A stretch of 64,000 nt of DNA from the human T2T-CHM13v2.0 reference genome, Homo sapiens. This document shows positions 32,090 through 45,784 of the stretch, piece after piece. The notes under the pieces were generated by a model, which saw only the letters and a list, made by a program, of their open reading frames with translations, searched no databases and had not been told where the DNA came from. Within the stretch, counting starts at the first letter, position 1. Every line of letters starts with the position of its first letter. Location of the stretch: the NCBI RefSeq assembly GCF_009914755.1, contig NC_060936.1; one strand, written 5' to 3'. Both the position numbers and the translations under genes were made by a program.

Positions 32090-32470
32090 ATCACTCTTTC
32101 ATTTGATAAAAATTTATTAAAGGCAGAGTTACCATGCTAATAGGAGATAAAATAGTGAACAAAATAGACATGATGATATACATACTCACAGGGCATATAT
32201 TTCAGGAAGGAGTTAGACAAGGAAGCTAGAATTTACTTTCAGAAGAGTGAATAGGGCTTTGACAAAGGTACATACAATGCGGTACAAATTGAGGACAGAA
32301 GGGGGTCAAATAGCAGAAGCAACCAACCACGCCAAGGAGGTTTAAGCAAAGCATTCTGGAGGAAATGCCATCCAAGTTGAAATCTACTGAGCACATAAAT
32401 ATTAACGCAGTTAACCTTGAAGGAAGAGTAAATTATGACATAGAACAGGGATAATATGATCAAAGATGCT
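32090..32470 (-). mobile_element. L2 3' fragment
   Basis: ttcatttgataaaaatttatta...ggagataaaatagtgaacaaaatagacatg... Confidence 0.6.
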
Positions 32471-33559
32471 CATATCCCTAAACATTCTACTTGTCACAAA
32501 ATGGCCCTTTAGCCTTTCCCCACATTTTACAGTTTTACTAATCTCTGAAGCATTTATAATAAGAAACAGAGTAGGGATTAACATTTTTGCCTGAAGTACA
32601 ATAGAACTTTGGAGTTAAATTAGCTGATATAATTTTACAAGCCATATCATAGATTTTTAGGTCAAAGACTAAACCCACTCACCAACATTTCAAGAAGAAA
32701 TAAATGAAGAAAAAATGTTTGCCAATAGGATAGTGGATTCATATGTGTTTGAACAGGACTGTTAATAAACTGTAGATGTTCTCTCATTTGATAAGAGCTT
32801 GTGGCTCTGTGTAGTAGAGCTGTGACTCTACTATAAGTTACCTAGTTCAACCCAATGAGTCAGAAAGGCTGGTAAATACTGGATAGTCAGGGATAGTGAT
32901 GACCTTCATTTTTCTTACCTGATATGACCATAATGGGATTTCCACTATAGTAAGCTCCTTGGCTTGTTTTCAACATATAACACACCCCCTGCCAAAAGAT
33001 ACACACACACACATACCTACAAACACACACAAAATTCTCATAGTAGAAGAAATAACAAATGACTCTGTCGTGGTGAGTTGAGAAAAACAGCTATGTTCAG
33101 CCCAGTCAATTTTTCACTCCTTAAGGAGAGTACATTCTAGTCTTCTTGGGACCATGTGGCAATTTCCCTGCCCCTATGAACCATGACTGAGGTGGCCTAG
33201 CTGTCTCCATGATGCAGCCCAGGAAATAGGGGGAAGGAACTATCAACAAAGGGATACAGAGAAGGGAACAGGGGTATGCACTTTTCTTGGGAGCTCAAAC
33301 AGGTTATGAACAACTGACCTAGAAACCACTGCAGATTTATTCTGTGGCAGTCTTGTAAACCTTACAAATGCTAGCAAAAGATGAGTTACAGAAGGAAATT
33401 TGTGAATAGCTTAAATTTTGAAACTTTAAACAGAAAAACCTTGGGAAAATTTCTGGAGCATCAGATGCTTTCTAAATTTAGAGGTTGTTTCTAGTCGTCC
33501 TTAGCAGAATAAATTTCCATTCATTTTTACAATAAATATCTATTTTAATATTTATTATT

Positions 33560-33748
33560 TTTCCTTTTGTGTTTCTATCGTCTGCCAGATATTGTCTTAG
33601 GTATTGGAGATAAAGCAATAAACAGATAAAAATCTTCATACATGTATGTGTAGGCATAGATAAGTGTGTACACATAGTGTTAGTGATGAGTGCTAAAGAG
33701 ACAAAAATAATATGGAGAAGGGGATTATAAAGTGCTGGAGATGGGGTG
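33560..33748 (-). mobile_element. L2 3' fragment
   Basis: tgccagatattgtcttaggtattggagataaagcaataaacagataaaaatc. Confidence 0.55.
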
Positions 33749-34148
33749 TGTTACTGGGAATGTGGATCTACAGTTCTTGTCTTCTTGGTGAAAAGAATTA
33801 AAGCAAGAGAAACACAGCAATAAAGATATCAGTGCAAGGCAGTTTATTGAAAAAGCAAAAGTACACTCTGAAAGCCAAGTCAGAACAGGACATTTGAAGA
33901 TGAGATGATAGTGACTGACACTGGGGAAAATTCCCTTTATGGGAGTCTTACATGATTATTCACCAAGTGGGAGAAAGAGGTGTTACTAATAAGCATGTTC
34001 TGGGTGGTCCTCTGGGTGCACATGTGCTGTAGCTGTACATGGCAGTACATATATTGTATGTTCCATTCTTATCTTTAATCTCCACACAGGGGTGTGTTTT
34101 TTTACTATTACCACGAGTGAAAGGTCACTCTTAGAACAAGCAAAAGTT
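33749..34148 (-). mobile_element. ERV1 LTR fragment (MER66-like)
   Basis: tgttactgg...gttcttgtcttcttggtgaaaagaatt...aagtacactctgaaag...aatctccacacaggggtgtgttttttt; the distal end is lost. Confidence 0.6.
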
Positions 34149-34560
34149 CAGGTATTTCTTCATAGCAATGCAAGAACAGACTAACACAGAAAATTGGTAC
34201 CAGAAGTGAAGTACTGCTATAAAGATATTTGAAAATGTGAAAGCAGCTTTGGAACTGAGTAATGGCAGAGCCATTGCACTCCAGCCTGAGCAACAAGAGT
34301 GAAACTCCATCTCAAAAAAAAAAAAAAAAAAAAAAAAAAGCATGTGGTACCTCCCTCATCTCTTCTTCCAGCTTCAGCCATGTAAGATATGCCTGCTTCC
34401 CCTTCACCTTCCGTCATAACTGAAAGTTTCCGAAGGCCTCCCCAGAAGTCCTATGCTTCCTGAACAGCCTGCAGAACTGTGAGCCAATTAAAACTCTTTT
34501 CTTTATAAATTATACAGTCTTGGGTATTTCTTTATAGTGATGCAAGAATGGACTAATACA
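34149..34560 (+). mobile_element. Rearranged MST (MSTA-like) element with an Alu tail replacing the internal region
   Basis: LTR 3' end 34149-34188, MST-int start gaaaattggtacc 34189-34270, Alu 3' end 34270-34339, then LTR 3' half 34340-34560 ending ggactaataca. Confidence 0.85.
34270..34339 (+). mobile_element. Alu 3'-terminal fragment (AluSp/Sq-like)
   Basis: gccattgcactccagcctgagcaacaagagtgaaactccatctc followed by A26; caacaagag and ccattgc are Sp/Sq-type features; no TSD. Confidence 0.85.
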
Positions 34561-36333
34561 TTGCCTGACTTACCTATTTATTTGGCTCTGGGTAAAAGTA
34601 TTGAGTGATGTCTAGTTTCTATTTCAAATGAACATGCACAAGGAGCATCTTCAATCTGGGAATAGAAGTAGGATGTAGGGAAGGCTTGTCACACAAGAAA
34701 GGAAGATAAATACAGGTCAAAAATTCACCAGTTTCTAATCTGGTCAAGTTCTATCCCTGTACATATAATTACTAACACATTTTTTCATTGGATATCTCTA
34801 AGTTATGCTAAATAGCCCTTTTCTGTGTCCTAGTATTTCTTTTTACATGAAATTCTAGAAAGTGCACCTCTATATCCTATTTTCCACAGGCATATGCCTC
34901 TGTTTATTTACTGCCAATGTATTTGTTTGCTAAGTAGAAAGAGTCATGATGATGGCTTCCAGCTTTGCTTTATGTGCAGCTTCAATTATCAATTGCAGCT
35001 GGTGGAAAGCACCTCTTACACTCCCCCATCCATTTTTTCCAAGCAAAACTTGTAAATTTTAGCTCTCTTACTATCAAATATACTAAAATGATTACTTCTT
35101 TTTTATGTCTGCCTTTGCATTCACAGCAATTTCTTAACCTCTTTTGTAAATTTGCCAGAATGTTAATTGCATTTGAAAGGGCAAGCAAACTAAAATGTAT
35201 GAAACAGTATACCAAAAATAGACATTTGAGGAAAGAGAAAAGTAAAATGAAACAAAAAGAGGAACATGTAAGGCTCATTTTAAAAAAAATCCAATTATCA
35301 TATTATAATATGGGTAAAAAACTTCAGTTGTCTGCAGAAGAATTTTAAAAATTACACCACATTCTTAAAATTCTTAAAGTTAACACTTTTAAAGTAGTTC
35401 TCTATCTAGTTGGTTTAAATCCTGATAATTTAGTGTTAATACCAGAACAATTAACGAGATAAGTTACTCAGTTTTGGAGAGTCTGAAAAAAATTTCCTAA
35501 GAAATTTTAGTTAATTCCTAAATTCTTAAAATTTTATTATGTAAATCTTCCCTGGGATTTTGTTTTACATTTCATATCTTCTACATAATAAATTTTATAA
35601 TATTCAGTTTGATGTGTAAAGAAAATATTGAGGAATACACGCAAGTTCATGGAAAAAAATGAATGTTAAAAAACCATCAACAACCATCTTTCTCTTTTTA
35701 AAACAGAAAGGTGTTGAATCAGAGTAGATACAGGTCCTACATGATTCATAATAGAATAACTCATTTATAACAAAACATCTAATATAAAACAGCAGAAAAA
35801 TTTAAAAATATCAAATCTTCATTCCAAGCTGAAAAGATATATTTGCCTAAGAGTAAGCATTCTTTAGAGTTGGTTTGAAACTTAACATCTGAATGAGAAT
35901 ATAACTTGGCTATAAAGACGCATTCCAACTTTTATATCTTGTGAGCTAAGAAAACCTAATTCTAGATAACCTTCCAAGAGCTCAAAGTAAAAGCCAAGTA
36001 ACATTTGTAATTATTTTAAGTCATGTTATACTAGTTCTTGTAATTTAAGCAAAATCTGATATCCTTAAAAATCACTCAATTATTCATCATTAGTCATTTC
36101 TCATTTTATATTTGAAGGGATGAGCCCTTAACGATCTTCACATTTGTAATAATATGAATTTTTAAGTTATTGCTGTGATTGGAAGCTCTTAAACTAGTAA
36201 GCAAGTCTTTTAGGATCCCATTTTATCAATTAAGATTTTGTGTTTGAAAATGACATAAGAATCAACCCAAAGTGGATGAACAAAAACAGTTCAGATAAAG
36301 CTTCATACAGTTTTATCTAAGACTCAAATTAGG

Positions 36334-36842
36334 TGTGGTAGCTAGCCATAAAGATGACCCCAAATACTTCTAGCCTCCCAGCATTTATGCCCACCCATAA
36401 TGAATCAGGGAATATTTGCATCATCAAAAGAATACTACAGAAATTCCCATGCGGAAGTTTCAAGGCAGCTCATAAAAGACACAACACCTCCCACACTGGC
36501 CTGTGGATAACACTTTGAGAGAAGCCTGCCACTATATTGTGAGAGTACTAAAGCAGTCTTCTGGAGAGAACCACCTAGAGGAAAACTTACACCTCTTGAC
36601 AATAGCCAGCTTCAACTTGCCATCCACGTGAATGATCCTGCCTGGAGGCTCAGTAGATCCTCAAATGGCTGCAACCCTAGCCAACTTATGACATTACTAC
36701 TACAGGAATCTCATGAGGCCCATAGCCAAAACATCCCAGCAAGCTGCTCATTAATCCTTACCCACAGAAACTGTGACAAATAATCAATTATACTGTCATT
36801 CTGTTTTCAGATAATATATTAGGTAACCATAGATAAATAGCA
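36334..36842 (+). mobile_element. MLT1F/G-like solo LTR
   Basis: tgtggtagctagccataaagatgacccccaa...atggctgcaaccctagccaac...cccacagaaactgtgacaaataa...catagataaatagca. Confidence 0.75.
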
Positions 36843-37144
36843 AACTCTGCTACCAAGTACAAGTCTTTGTACATTTCTTGATTCTGTGTCTTCATGTTAG
36901 TGGAAATCTCAGGCCACAAAAAATCTCAGGATATCTTCTAACAACTTGAGAGTGGTGGGACTTAAAATTAGAGAGGTTGTGAGGGGCCATAAAGAGCATT
37001 GTAAGGATGAGAGTGATAGAGATGGTGAGAAGTGGTCAGAGTCACACATTTACTACTTGTGATATCTTCAGCAAGTTACTAAACTCTCAATCAGTTTTCC
37101 TAAGTGTAAACTTGAAACAGTAATATCTTCCTCACAGTGTATTA

Positions 37145-37663
37145 TAGTAGCCCCCTCTTATCCATGGGGGATAGATTCCTAGATCTCCAGTGACTGCCTG
37201 AAACTTCAGACAGTACTGAACACCATTTACACTATATTTTTCCTTTTTAAATCAAAAACGTTCACCTTTTCACTTAAAGGAAGCACTTTATATCTACTCT
37301 TTGGCATATCCAAGCTGCCAGCTTCACTACTCTTATGCTTTATGGCCATTAAGTTAAATAAGGGTTCCTTGAACACAAACGCTGTAATACTGCCACAGTC
37401 AATAAGATAACTGAGATGGCTACCAAGGGACTCACAGGCAGGTAACGCAGATAACATGAATACAGTGGACAATGGGATGATTTATATCCTGGGTGGGATG
37501 GAGTGGAACAGCACGAGATTTCATCATGCTACTCTCAGAACAACACACAATTTAAAACTTATAAATTATTTCTGTAATTTTTCATTTAATATCTTTGGAC
37601 TGTGGATGACCTTGGGTAGCCGAAACTGCAGAAAGTGAAACTGAAAATAAAGAGGGACTAGTA
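37145..37663 (-). mobile_element. MER44-like TcMar-Tigger MITE inserted next to a MIR fragment
   Basis: TIR-like ends tagtagccccctcttatcc / aataaagagggactagta with TA flanks; the antisense ORF 37227-37472 retains a transposase N-terminus (MPKSRYKVLPLSEKV). Confidence 0.85.
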
Positions 37664-38947
37664 TATACAGTGTTATATAAAAGGAGAATAGAAACACCTC
37701 TACTCCTACTCACACCTCACTCTCTAATACTCACAATGTATGAGTAGAAAAACACATGTGGAGGACAGGGAAAACAGAACTTTGAAACTGTAGATCACAG
37801 GATGAAGAGGACTGGATAAACATTTAGCTAATCTTGTTTGTATATGTGAATACTTTAAAGTTAGAAAAATAATAGAACATTGTGGATAGAAGGAAATGAG
37901 ATCTCTTCACTTTATTGAAATTTTACATTGGAGTAACTATAGCATAAATGAAAATTAGGTTAACCTATAGACCCATAAAAATAAAAACATGTCAATACAT
38001 TTTCATGACAGCCGCTATATCATTGGTGATTGAAGTCTCCAGTCTTTACTAGTATAATTCACAGCCTTACAAAATGCAGAAGTCAGTGTTGGTCTAGAAA
38101 ACCAAACAAAATTCCTGAAACAGAGGATCAGAGGTAAAGCCATGAGGATCTCCTGGTTTAAATAAGTATTGTTGCTTTCAACAGGATAAAATCTGGATCT
38201 TAAGTAGGTGCCAAAGGCCTCCAGCTTTAGGGAGAAGAGTGATATTAGAAATAAGATGGAGCTAGAGCCTGGCACTGAACTCTGAATGTTTTCCAATATA
38301 TTTATTTGCCAACAATTTTGAGTTATGAAAAATTAAGGAAATTATGAAAGTTTAAAAAATAGAAGCAATACTTTTCAAAATATTCTTTATGAGAACTAAT
38401 CCATTTATTACATTCTGATCCATTTGCTATGGTTTAACTGATTTGGTGTGTAGTGAGCAAGGTTTGCAAGCCATTGTCATCTGCCCTTCAGAAATTTGTA
38501 GCCTTCCCTACTTCTCCAAATACAAAAACCCAGATTCAAATAGAAATATACACCAAATAATGCAAAACATCATCCAAAATATTTATACAACAAAAACAAG
38601 GACAACACATGGAAAGATATGCAAAATCTCTTTAAAATAATTTTCAAAAGCTGGGTAAAAAGATGAAATAAAAATAATATAATCCTAAATTTACAGATGA
38701 AATTAGCATGGCTAAATGTGGACAGTTACTTACTTTTATGCTGTTACTGTTTCATGTGTTGCTTTTTTGTCTAATGTATGTATATCTGATCCATCTTCAT
38801 CTTCCATAGAAGATGTAATAAAAGCACTGTGTTATATCTACACTGTAAGTTTGTTTAAAGGTGCATTTTCACAGCCAAAATAGTATAATACCTGCAGACT
38901 TCTGAAATAAGAAATGATTGTCATGAAGAATCTAACATGTTGATTTC

Positions 38948-39265
38948 ATCACAAACTGTCCAATACAGTGACCACTTGCTACTTGTGGTTCTCAAGCACT
39001 TGAAATGTGCTAGTCCAAACTACGATGCGTTACGGGGAAAAATGCACATAAGATTTCAAAGACTTAATATAAATTATGAGAGTCATATTTCTCAGTAATA
39101 ATTTTATATTGATTATATGTCTTGAAATACTTTGTGCCTGGTGTAAACTACCACATTAAAATAATTTTCACTCATTGTATTCTTTTAATGTGACTATTAG
39201 AATATTTTAAACTAAGTATGTGAATCACTTTTGTTACTCTCATTAGCTTCCATCAGATAGCATCA
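38948..39265. mobile_element. MER33-like hAT-Charlie MITE
   Basis: ctgtccaatacagtgaccacttgctacttgtgg...agcacttgaaatgtgctagtcc...gatttcaaagacttaata...tttaatgtgactattagaa. Confidence 0.7.
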
Positions 39266-40812
39266 TCGTAGTGGTTTGTCCCAGCATTTTCACAAGCATG
39301 ATAGATTTTCAGTAGTTTAAAAGTTTAAAAGACAAAAATACATTTTAATCTACTAAGAAATGACTTTTTCTCTCTGGCTTTCTAAGCTGGGATTAACTTG
39401 AGGATGTAATAAAAGGAAATCTATTCAGATTTATTCCTTGAATTTCTTCAGACTGTGACATTTGGCATCAAAAAGAGGGACAGCATCAATAGAAGTGGGC
39501 TGGCCAGTTAATTTACTACTCCAGACAGGTTAGGGGTTGATCACTACTTGTTTATGCCACGGGTTTATCTATGGAAGACGCCTGTTTCTGAGCAGTAGTA
39601 TCTCTCCACTAGTGTGCATTCCACTTTTCCCTGCTTAATATATGGATAAAGGAAATTCCCAACCCATACAAGCCTCTGAGTGCCTCTGAAGCCCCTTCTT
39701 GTCTCCCATCAGCCATGTATGCTATGACATATTTGGTGAACACAATTCTCCATGCCCAGCCCGCAATAAGTGTCAGAATTCTGCTTGTCAACACTGAGGA
39801 CTCTCCTGAACCCAAATGTCTTGGAGCTTGCCACCACTTCTGCACCTTTCAGGCACACACATTCATCTCTCAGGAGTCAGGTACCCTATAAAGCACCAAA
39901 CTACCTTCAGCACCGGATTCTAAGCAGATGTCTATAAATGGTAATGTGTTTTCTAATTCCAATGTCCTAGAATTTCAATTATATTTCCAATCTTCAATAT
40001 TTATCTCAAAAAAGAGAACTCCAGAAATGCATGTTTTCTGTTTTACATTTAATCACCTCTATGATAACTCATTTGCATAAATTTGAGATCCATTTTTTTT
40101 TTTTTTTTTAAAGCATGCTTTGTGACCTAAATGTTGAGCATATGGCATGTAATTTCATGAAGGAAATTGCTTGGTTTTTCAAATTCTCATTTCAGCATTT
40201 CCCTTGAGTTATCATATCAGCAGTTCCTGACAGTAAAATAAATATATCACTGTGTTTTAACAAAGCAAAAGTGATGCTGCCACTCTTGGTTCATGAAACC
40301 TTTAAAAAACAAGGCACAAAAATTTATAGAAAACACTGACTTCTTCAATGGTGAAGTGCTCTATCTCTTTCATGTTTGACTATAAAGTACTGTGGCATTT
40401 TATCAAAATATCTTACAAGACTAAACTGAGAAATATACTAAATTTTTCCTTTATAAAAAAAGTATAAAAGGCAAACAAAATAAAAATGTTTCACAAGTTC
40501 AATTTGTCCAGCTCCTTTTAATAAAGAATAAGTCACTGATAGAAAAATGAGCAAGATTGCCACAAATAGCCTGTCAGTTCACGATATATTGCATCAGTGA
40601 AAAAATCCCAAACTGTATAAAGAGCAAAAAGAAATTGGTGAAACCTCAGTGGATTTACTTTAAGAACACCAGACAGCAACTGGGGATATTTAAGCTATTT
40701 GAAGAAATGGAAAAAGAAAGGGATTTTTTGGCCAAAGAGATAATTTTTTTCTAAATATCATATTTTACAAATAAATTCAAATAAAATTTTTAAATGGAAT
40801 TTAATAGCATGA

Positions 40813-41343
<531 letters not shown>

Positions 41344-41559
41344 TAAAATACTGAGTAAATATATTTCATATTATATTTTTAAAAGGGCTAAAAGGATAGA
41401 TAACTAAAGCATTGGTTTCATGTGTTCTAGAATACTTTCAAATAAGCTTATACAAGGAAATAGTTACTAGCATAGTACGTAAAGCCAATAATTATAAAAT
41501 CTATATTTGCTACACTCTAAACGCAATATCTGAGTTATTCCTCAGAAACCAAAACATTG

Positions 41560-41700
41560 TTCCTGTTTTGTTAGGAAGAAACCCTACATATAAAGGTTAA
41601 GTGACTCTTTCAAAGTCCACCCAACTAATATAAGTGACAGAACTCAGATTTAAACTTAAGAATTAAAGGTCCATAGCTCAAATTCTTTAGCACCATTACG
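41560..41700 (-). mobile_element. MIR fragment
   Basis: aaaggttaagtgactctttcaaagtccacccaactaatataagtgacagaactcagatttaaact. Confidence 0.6.
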
Positions 41701-42093
41701 TACTGATGAATATTCCATGCCTGGATAACTTAAAACTAACTTAAAAAAAAATTGTCAGGAAAAATGATCTCTAGAGTAGGGATTTTAGAGGAAGCCACAT
41801 TCTTAGAAAACTATCTGATATAAACCAAAACTTTCACATATTAGTACACTTGCCCATGGAATTTAATGATTTAGGCCAAAGGTGATTTTTTATTAGAAAC
41901 ATTTTGTTCAAAATTCAGTGGAGACTCTCTCATCCTTAAAAGATCTTAAACTCAATAAAGTACTAGTTGAAATATTCAGACATCATTCCAAAGAGAAATT
42001 TTATTTCTTTAGCTTTTCTTAAAGTGGAATTTTGTTGCATATAATTGGGCTACTACTAATCATGTGTTTTAGTCCATTTTATTTGTTGATTGA

Positions 42094-42340
42094 TGTGGTA
42101 GGCAGAATTCTAAAATGGCCCCTAAAATTTCCTGCCCTTCTGGTATATGTGCCCTACAGTAATTAACTGGAGCTGTGAATTTGATGGTTTTTACTCCTGT
42201 GATTAGGTTATGTGAATATGGCACAGACAACCTTGAGACAGGAGATTATCCAGGTACGCCTTAACTAAATATATGAGCTCTTTAAATATCGAACTTTTTT
42301 CCAGCTGGTTGCAGAAGAGAAAGTAAAAGAGTCAAAGACT
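42094..42340 (+). mobile_element. MLT1E/F-like LTR, 5' half only
   Basis: tgtggtaggcagaattctaaaatggcccc...actcctgtgattaggttatg...ggagattatccagg; ends at the ERV pol junction. Confidence 0.75.
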
Positions 42341-44948
42341 GAAAAGGCTTTGTGAGGACTAGGATGCCAAGGGCGGGAGCCTGAGTCTGTTTTATCTTGG
42401 CGAAGGCTTCCCTCATTTCTGGGGTCCACGCCATTGACTCATTTCCTGGCTCCCTTGTTGTTTAATAAAGAGGTTTTGCTATGAGCCCAAAATTTGGTAC
42501 CCATATTCTACAGAACCTAGCCACTTCCAGAAAGGAACAAAACTGTTGCTTGGGGGTGGGGGGTCCCAAACCACATACAGCTTGCACCCGTTCTGGGGAT
42601 ACCTGCCAGTCTCTGGGATTTGGGGAATTTGATATTCCCCAAATATTGAACCCATTGGGGTGCAATTTGAGCCTTCTTTTTGAACACTTTGTATCCCTGA
42701 TTGGCCAAAAAATTCAAGGTCCTTATAGTATTTTTATCAGATATCTCCTGGGTTGGGCTACACACAAGAAGGTCATCTACATACTGGAGTATACTCTTGT
42801 TTTTCTAACTGAAGATCCTTCAGATCCCTTTTTAAGGCCTGGGGGAAAAAAAATCGGGGCTGTCCTGAAATATCTGTGGGAGTACTGTCCAGTGTATTGT
42901 TCTTTTTCTTTCTCTGCCATTAGAATATTCCCATTCAAATGCAAAAAGATATTGAGACTCTAGTGCCAGAGGAATGCAGAAAAAGACATTCTTTAAGACT
43001 GAAAACAATTCTGTGTTCCCAGCACCTGAGTCAAAAGAATATGCAAGTCTGCCACCAATGGGTGGACAGAGATCACTGCTTTATTAATTATCCTGAGATC
43101 CTGTACCATACAGTATTCTCCTGAAGGTTTCAAAAACGGGCAGAATAGGGGTATTGCAGGGAGAATTACAGGGTTTTAGAAGTCCATGGGCAAGCAACTC
43201 CTTAACTATTTATGCTAGGCCCTTTCTTGCTTCCAGCTTAATTGGGTATTGTTTTTAGTTTGGAAAATGATTGGGGTCTTTGAGTTGTATTTTGACTGGC
43301 ACTACTGTCCTAGGCCCTTCCAGGCCTCCTAGTATACCATGCTAGTGGGTTGACCCATTTGTTGACATGGCCTGGAACACTGTTTGCATCACTGACCATT
43401 AGCAATCTTGCCAGGTTGTGCTTAAATTTTAGCAGTGCCCCTATTTTAACCATAATATCCCTTCCCAACAGGGGGACTGGTCAGCTTGGTACTGTTAGAA
43501 ACTCCTGCTGCAAAATTTGTTTTTCAAATTGGCAAATTAAATGTGGGATGAAATGCCTGATTTTATTTTTCTCTTCCATTCCTAAAATAGTTGTGGTCCT
43601 AGTGGAAGATTTTCCTGCATACGCAGTAAGGAGAGGGTAACTTGCCCCTGTATTAAAAAGAAACTGAATTTGTGTACCCATCACATCAAGTTACCCGGGG
43701 CTCCTCAATAGTAATGATGATGTTCCTGGACAGGGGTGATGAGGAAAGCCCTAGGCCCCTTCAGTAGTCATCTACGTTCTCCTTTTGCACTATGAGAGTC
43801 TTGACTGAGCCCCTCAGTGGGAGTGGGGGTAGTCAATTATCCAGTGCTAGGGGTCATGACTGGTAGGAGCAAAGGCTCTTGCAGGGGCCTGGCAGGGGCT
43901 TAGTATAATCCTTTGCCTAATGTCTTTTTTTTTTCTTGCATTTAAAGCAAGAGCCTTTGCTGACATTTTTCTTATGGCCCTTTAGATGCTCTCTAGGCAT
44001 TTCCAGTGATGGCTACCATAATTTTAGCTTGCTGTTTTTCTTTACGCTCTTCCCTTTTTCCCTGCTCCAGGTCAACATACCCTAAAGGTGGTATCAAGAA
44101 GCTGATTTGGGTTAGTTTGTGGTTCCATTTGCAATTTTTGGAGTTTGTGCCTGATGTCCAGGGCAGACTAGCTAATAAAATGCTGGACCATTAGCCTCAT
44201 GCCCTCAGGAGAGGAAGGGTCTAAATTTGCATATTTTCTGAAGGCCTCTTCTAACCTGCTATAAAACATAGCTGAATTTTCTTCCTTCCCTTGTGTGACT
44301 TCCCTGACCTTATCATAATTTACACTCTTGGTTATCCCCTTTTTCATACCTCCAAGGAGTACCTCAAGAAATTTGTTTTCCTATTCATTTGCACAGGGGT
44401 ATTACAATCCCAATTAGGACCAGTGGTAGGCACTGCGTCTGGGCCTGAGTGACTGCCCTGGGGATTTTGGGCAAACATATCATCTGTCTCATGGGGGCTA
44501 GTCTCAAAAATCCTTTCCTTTTTCACAGGAGTGAAGCAGATTGCTAAAATAAATTGGACATCTCTCCATGATGAGTCAAAGGCCCAACTAAGGTTTGGAA
44601 CCCATCTGCAAACCTGTCACGGTCCTCAGAGCACCTTCTCAACTTTTCCTTACATTATTGGATATCAGTTATGGAAGATGGGACTTGTGCTCAAACTGGC
44701 CCTTCTACTCCTGCTACTTCCCTGAGATGTAATAGTGCCAGAGGAGCTGCTGAGCAGGGTGTTCCACTCCAGGTTTGTTGGGGGCTTAATATAGTTCTTT
44801 TCTTTTCTGGCTGGCATTGCATGTTTGGAGCATTTGACAAGGGGTTATATGGGGGGTGGCTGTAGATTGCCCTGAGAGACAAGTTGTCCTTATAAGAGGG
44901 GCATCATCCACAATGTCTGGCTCAGTCTTTTTAAGGGCAAGTCTTAGA

Positions 44949-45269
44949 AGCTTTACAGATTGAAGGATTCTGAAAGGTGTTTCCCATAGTGATCTGGCCT
45001 AAAGAGGGCCCATCTGTTGCAGACATCTCTGTCCTTAGGGTGTCAGGCGGCGTCCCCGACCGTGGGGTGGGCATCAGTGCTGTTTTGGATGTTCTGTCTC
45101 CATAGGCAATGGAATGGTCTACTCTGAGCTTTACAGATTAAAGGATTCTGAAAGGTGTTTCCCATAGTGGTCTGGCCTAAGGAAGGCCTATTTGTTGCAG
45201 GCATCCCTGACCCTAAGGTGTCAGACATACCTGTGGATGTTTTCCCGCTATAGGCGATGGAACGGTCTA
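44949..45269 (-). repeat. Diverged tandem duplication (178-bp offset) of the gag start region
   Basis: agctttacagatt.aaggattctgaaaggtgtttcccatagtg.tctggcctaa occurs at both 44949 and 45127. Confidence 0.9.
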
Positions 45270-45784
45270 TGATTCCCTTAGTCCCGAGATGCAGTGCTCA
45301 GCTTTTTGCGTCCCGCCAAGTGAAATAAACTTCAGCCTGTAACACTCGTGAAACAGGGACCTTGCAATGTACCTTAAAACTATTCACAATAAAGTTCGGG
45401 ACTTATCCCTACAATTAAAAATTCCGGGTTCTCATGCTAAAATAATTCATACATAAAAGTGAAATCTTTTTTCCTACTCTGAGAAATGGAATATAAAGTA
45501 ATTCGGCATGACCACTTCCCCACAAATCAATAAAACATCGAAATCAGAAAATGAAGGGTCTAACCTCCTCAAAAACATTTTGCCATACATACAAAAACCT
45601 GTCACATGGATTTGTCTTGAACTCAGCAAGACCTAAATATCCTGTTCTATGACCTAGTTATCCTGTCTTGGGAGACTTTAAGCAGCAGGTGCCCTAGTGG
45701 CTTTTAACTGCCCGACCCCTGCATGCAGATGACGGCTTTGACAAAGAAAGAGAAGAAAAAATAAATCCCAAAGTTTGGGCTTAC

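Noticed and set aside
31840-32094. Overlapping sense/antisense ORFs of 81 and 84 aa
   Set aside because: The lengths are within chance expectation, and there is no homology or splice context I can support.
34965-35348. 127-aa ORF in non-repeat DNA
   Set aside because: Non-ATG start, composition driven by AT-richness, and no motif.
39651-39660. NF-kB-like site GGAAATTCCC
   Set aside because: A single 10-mer with no supporting cluster; expected by chance in 64 kb.
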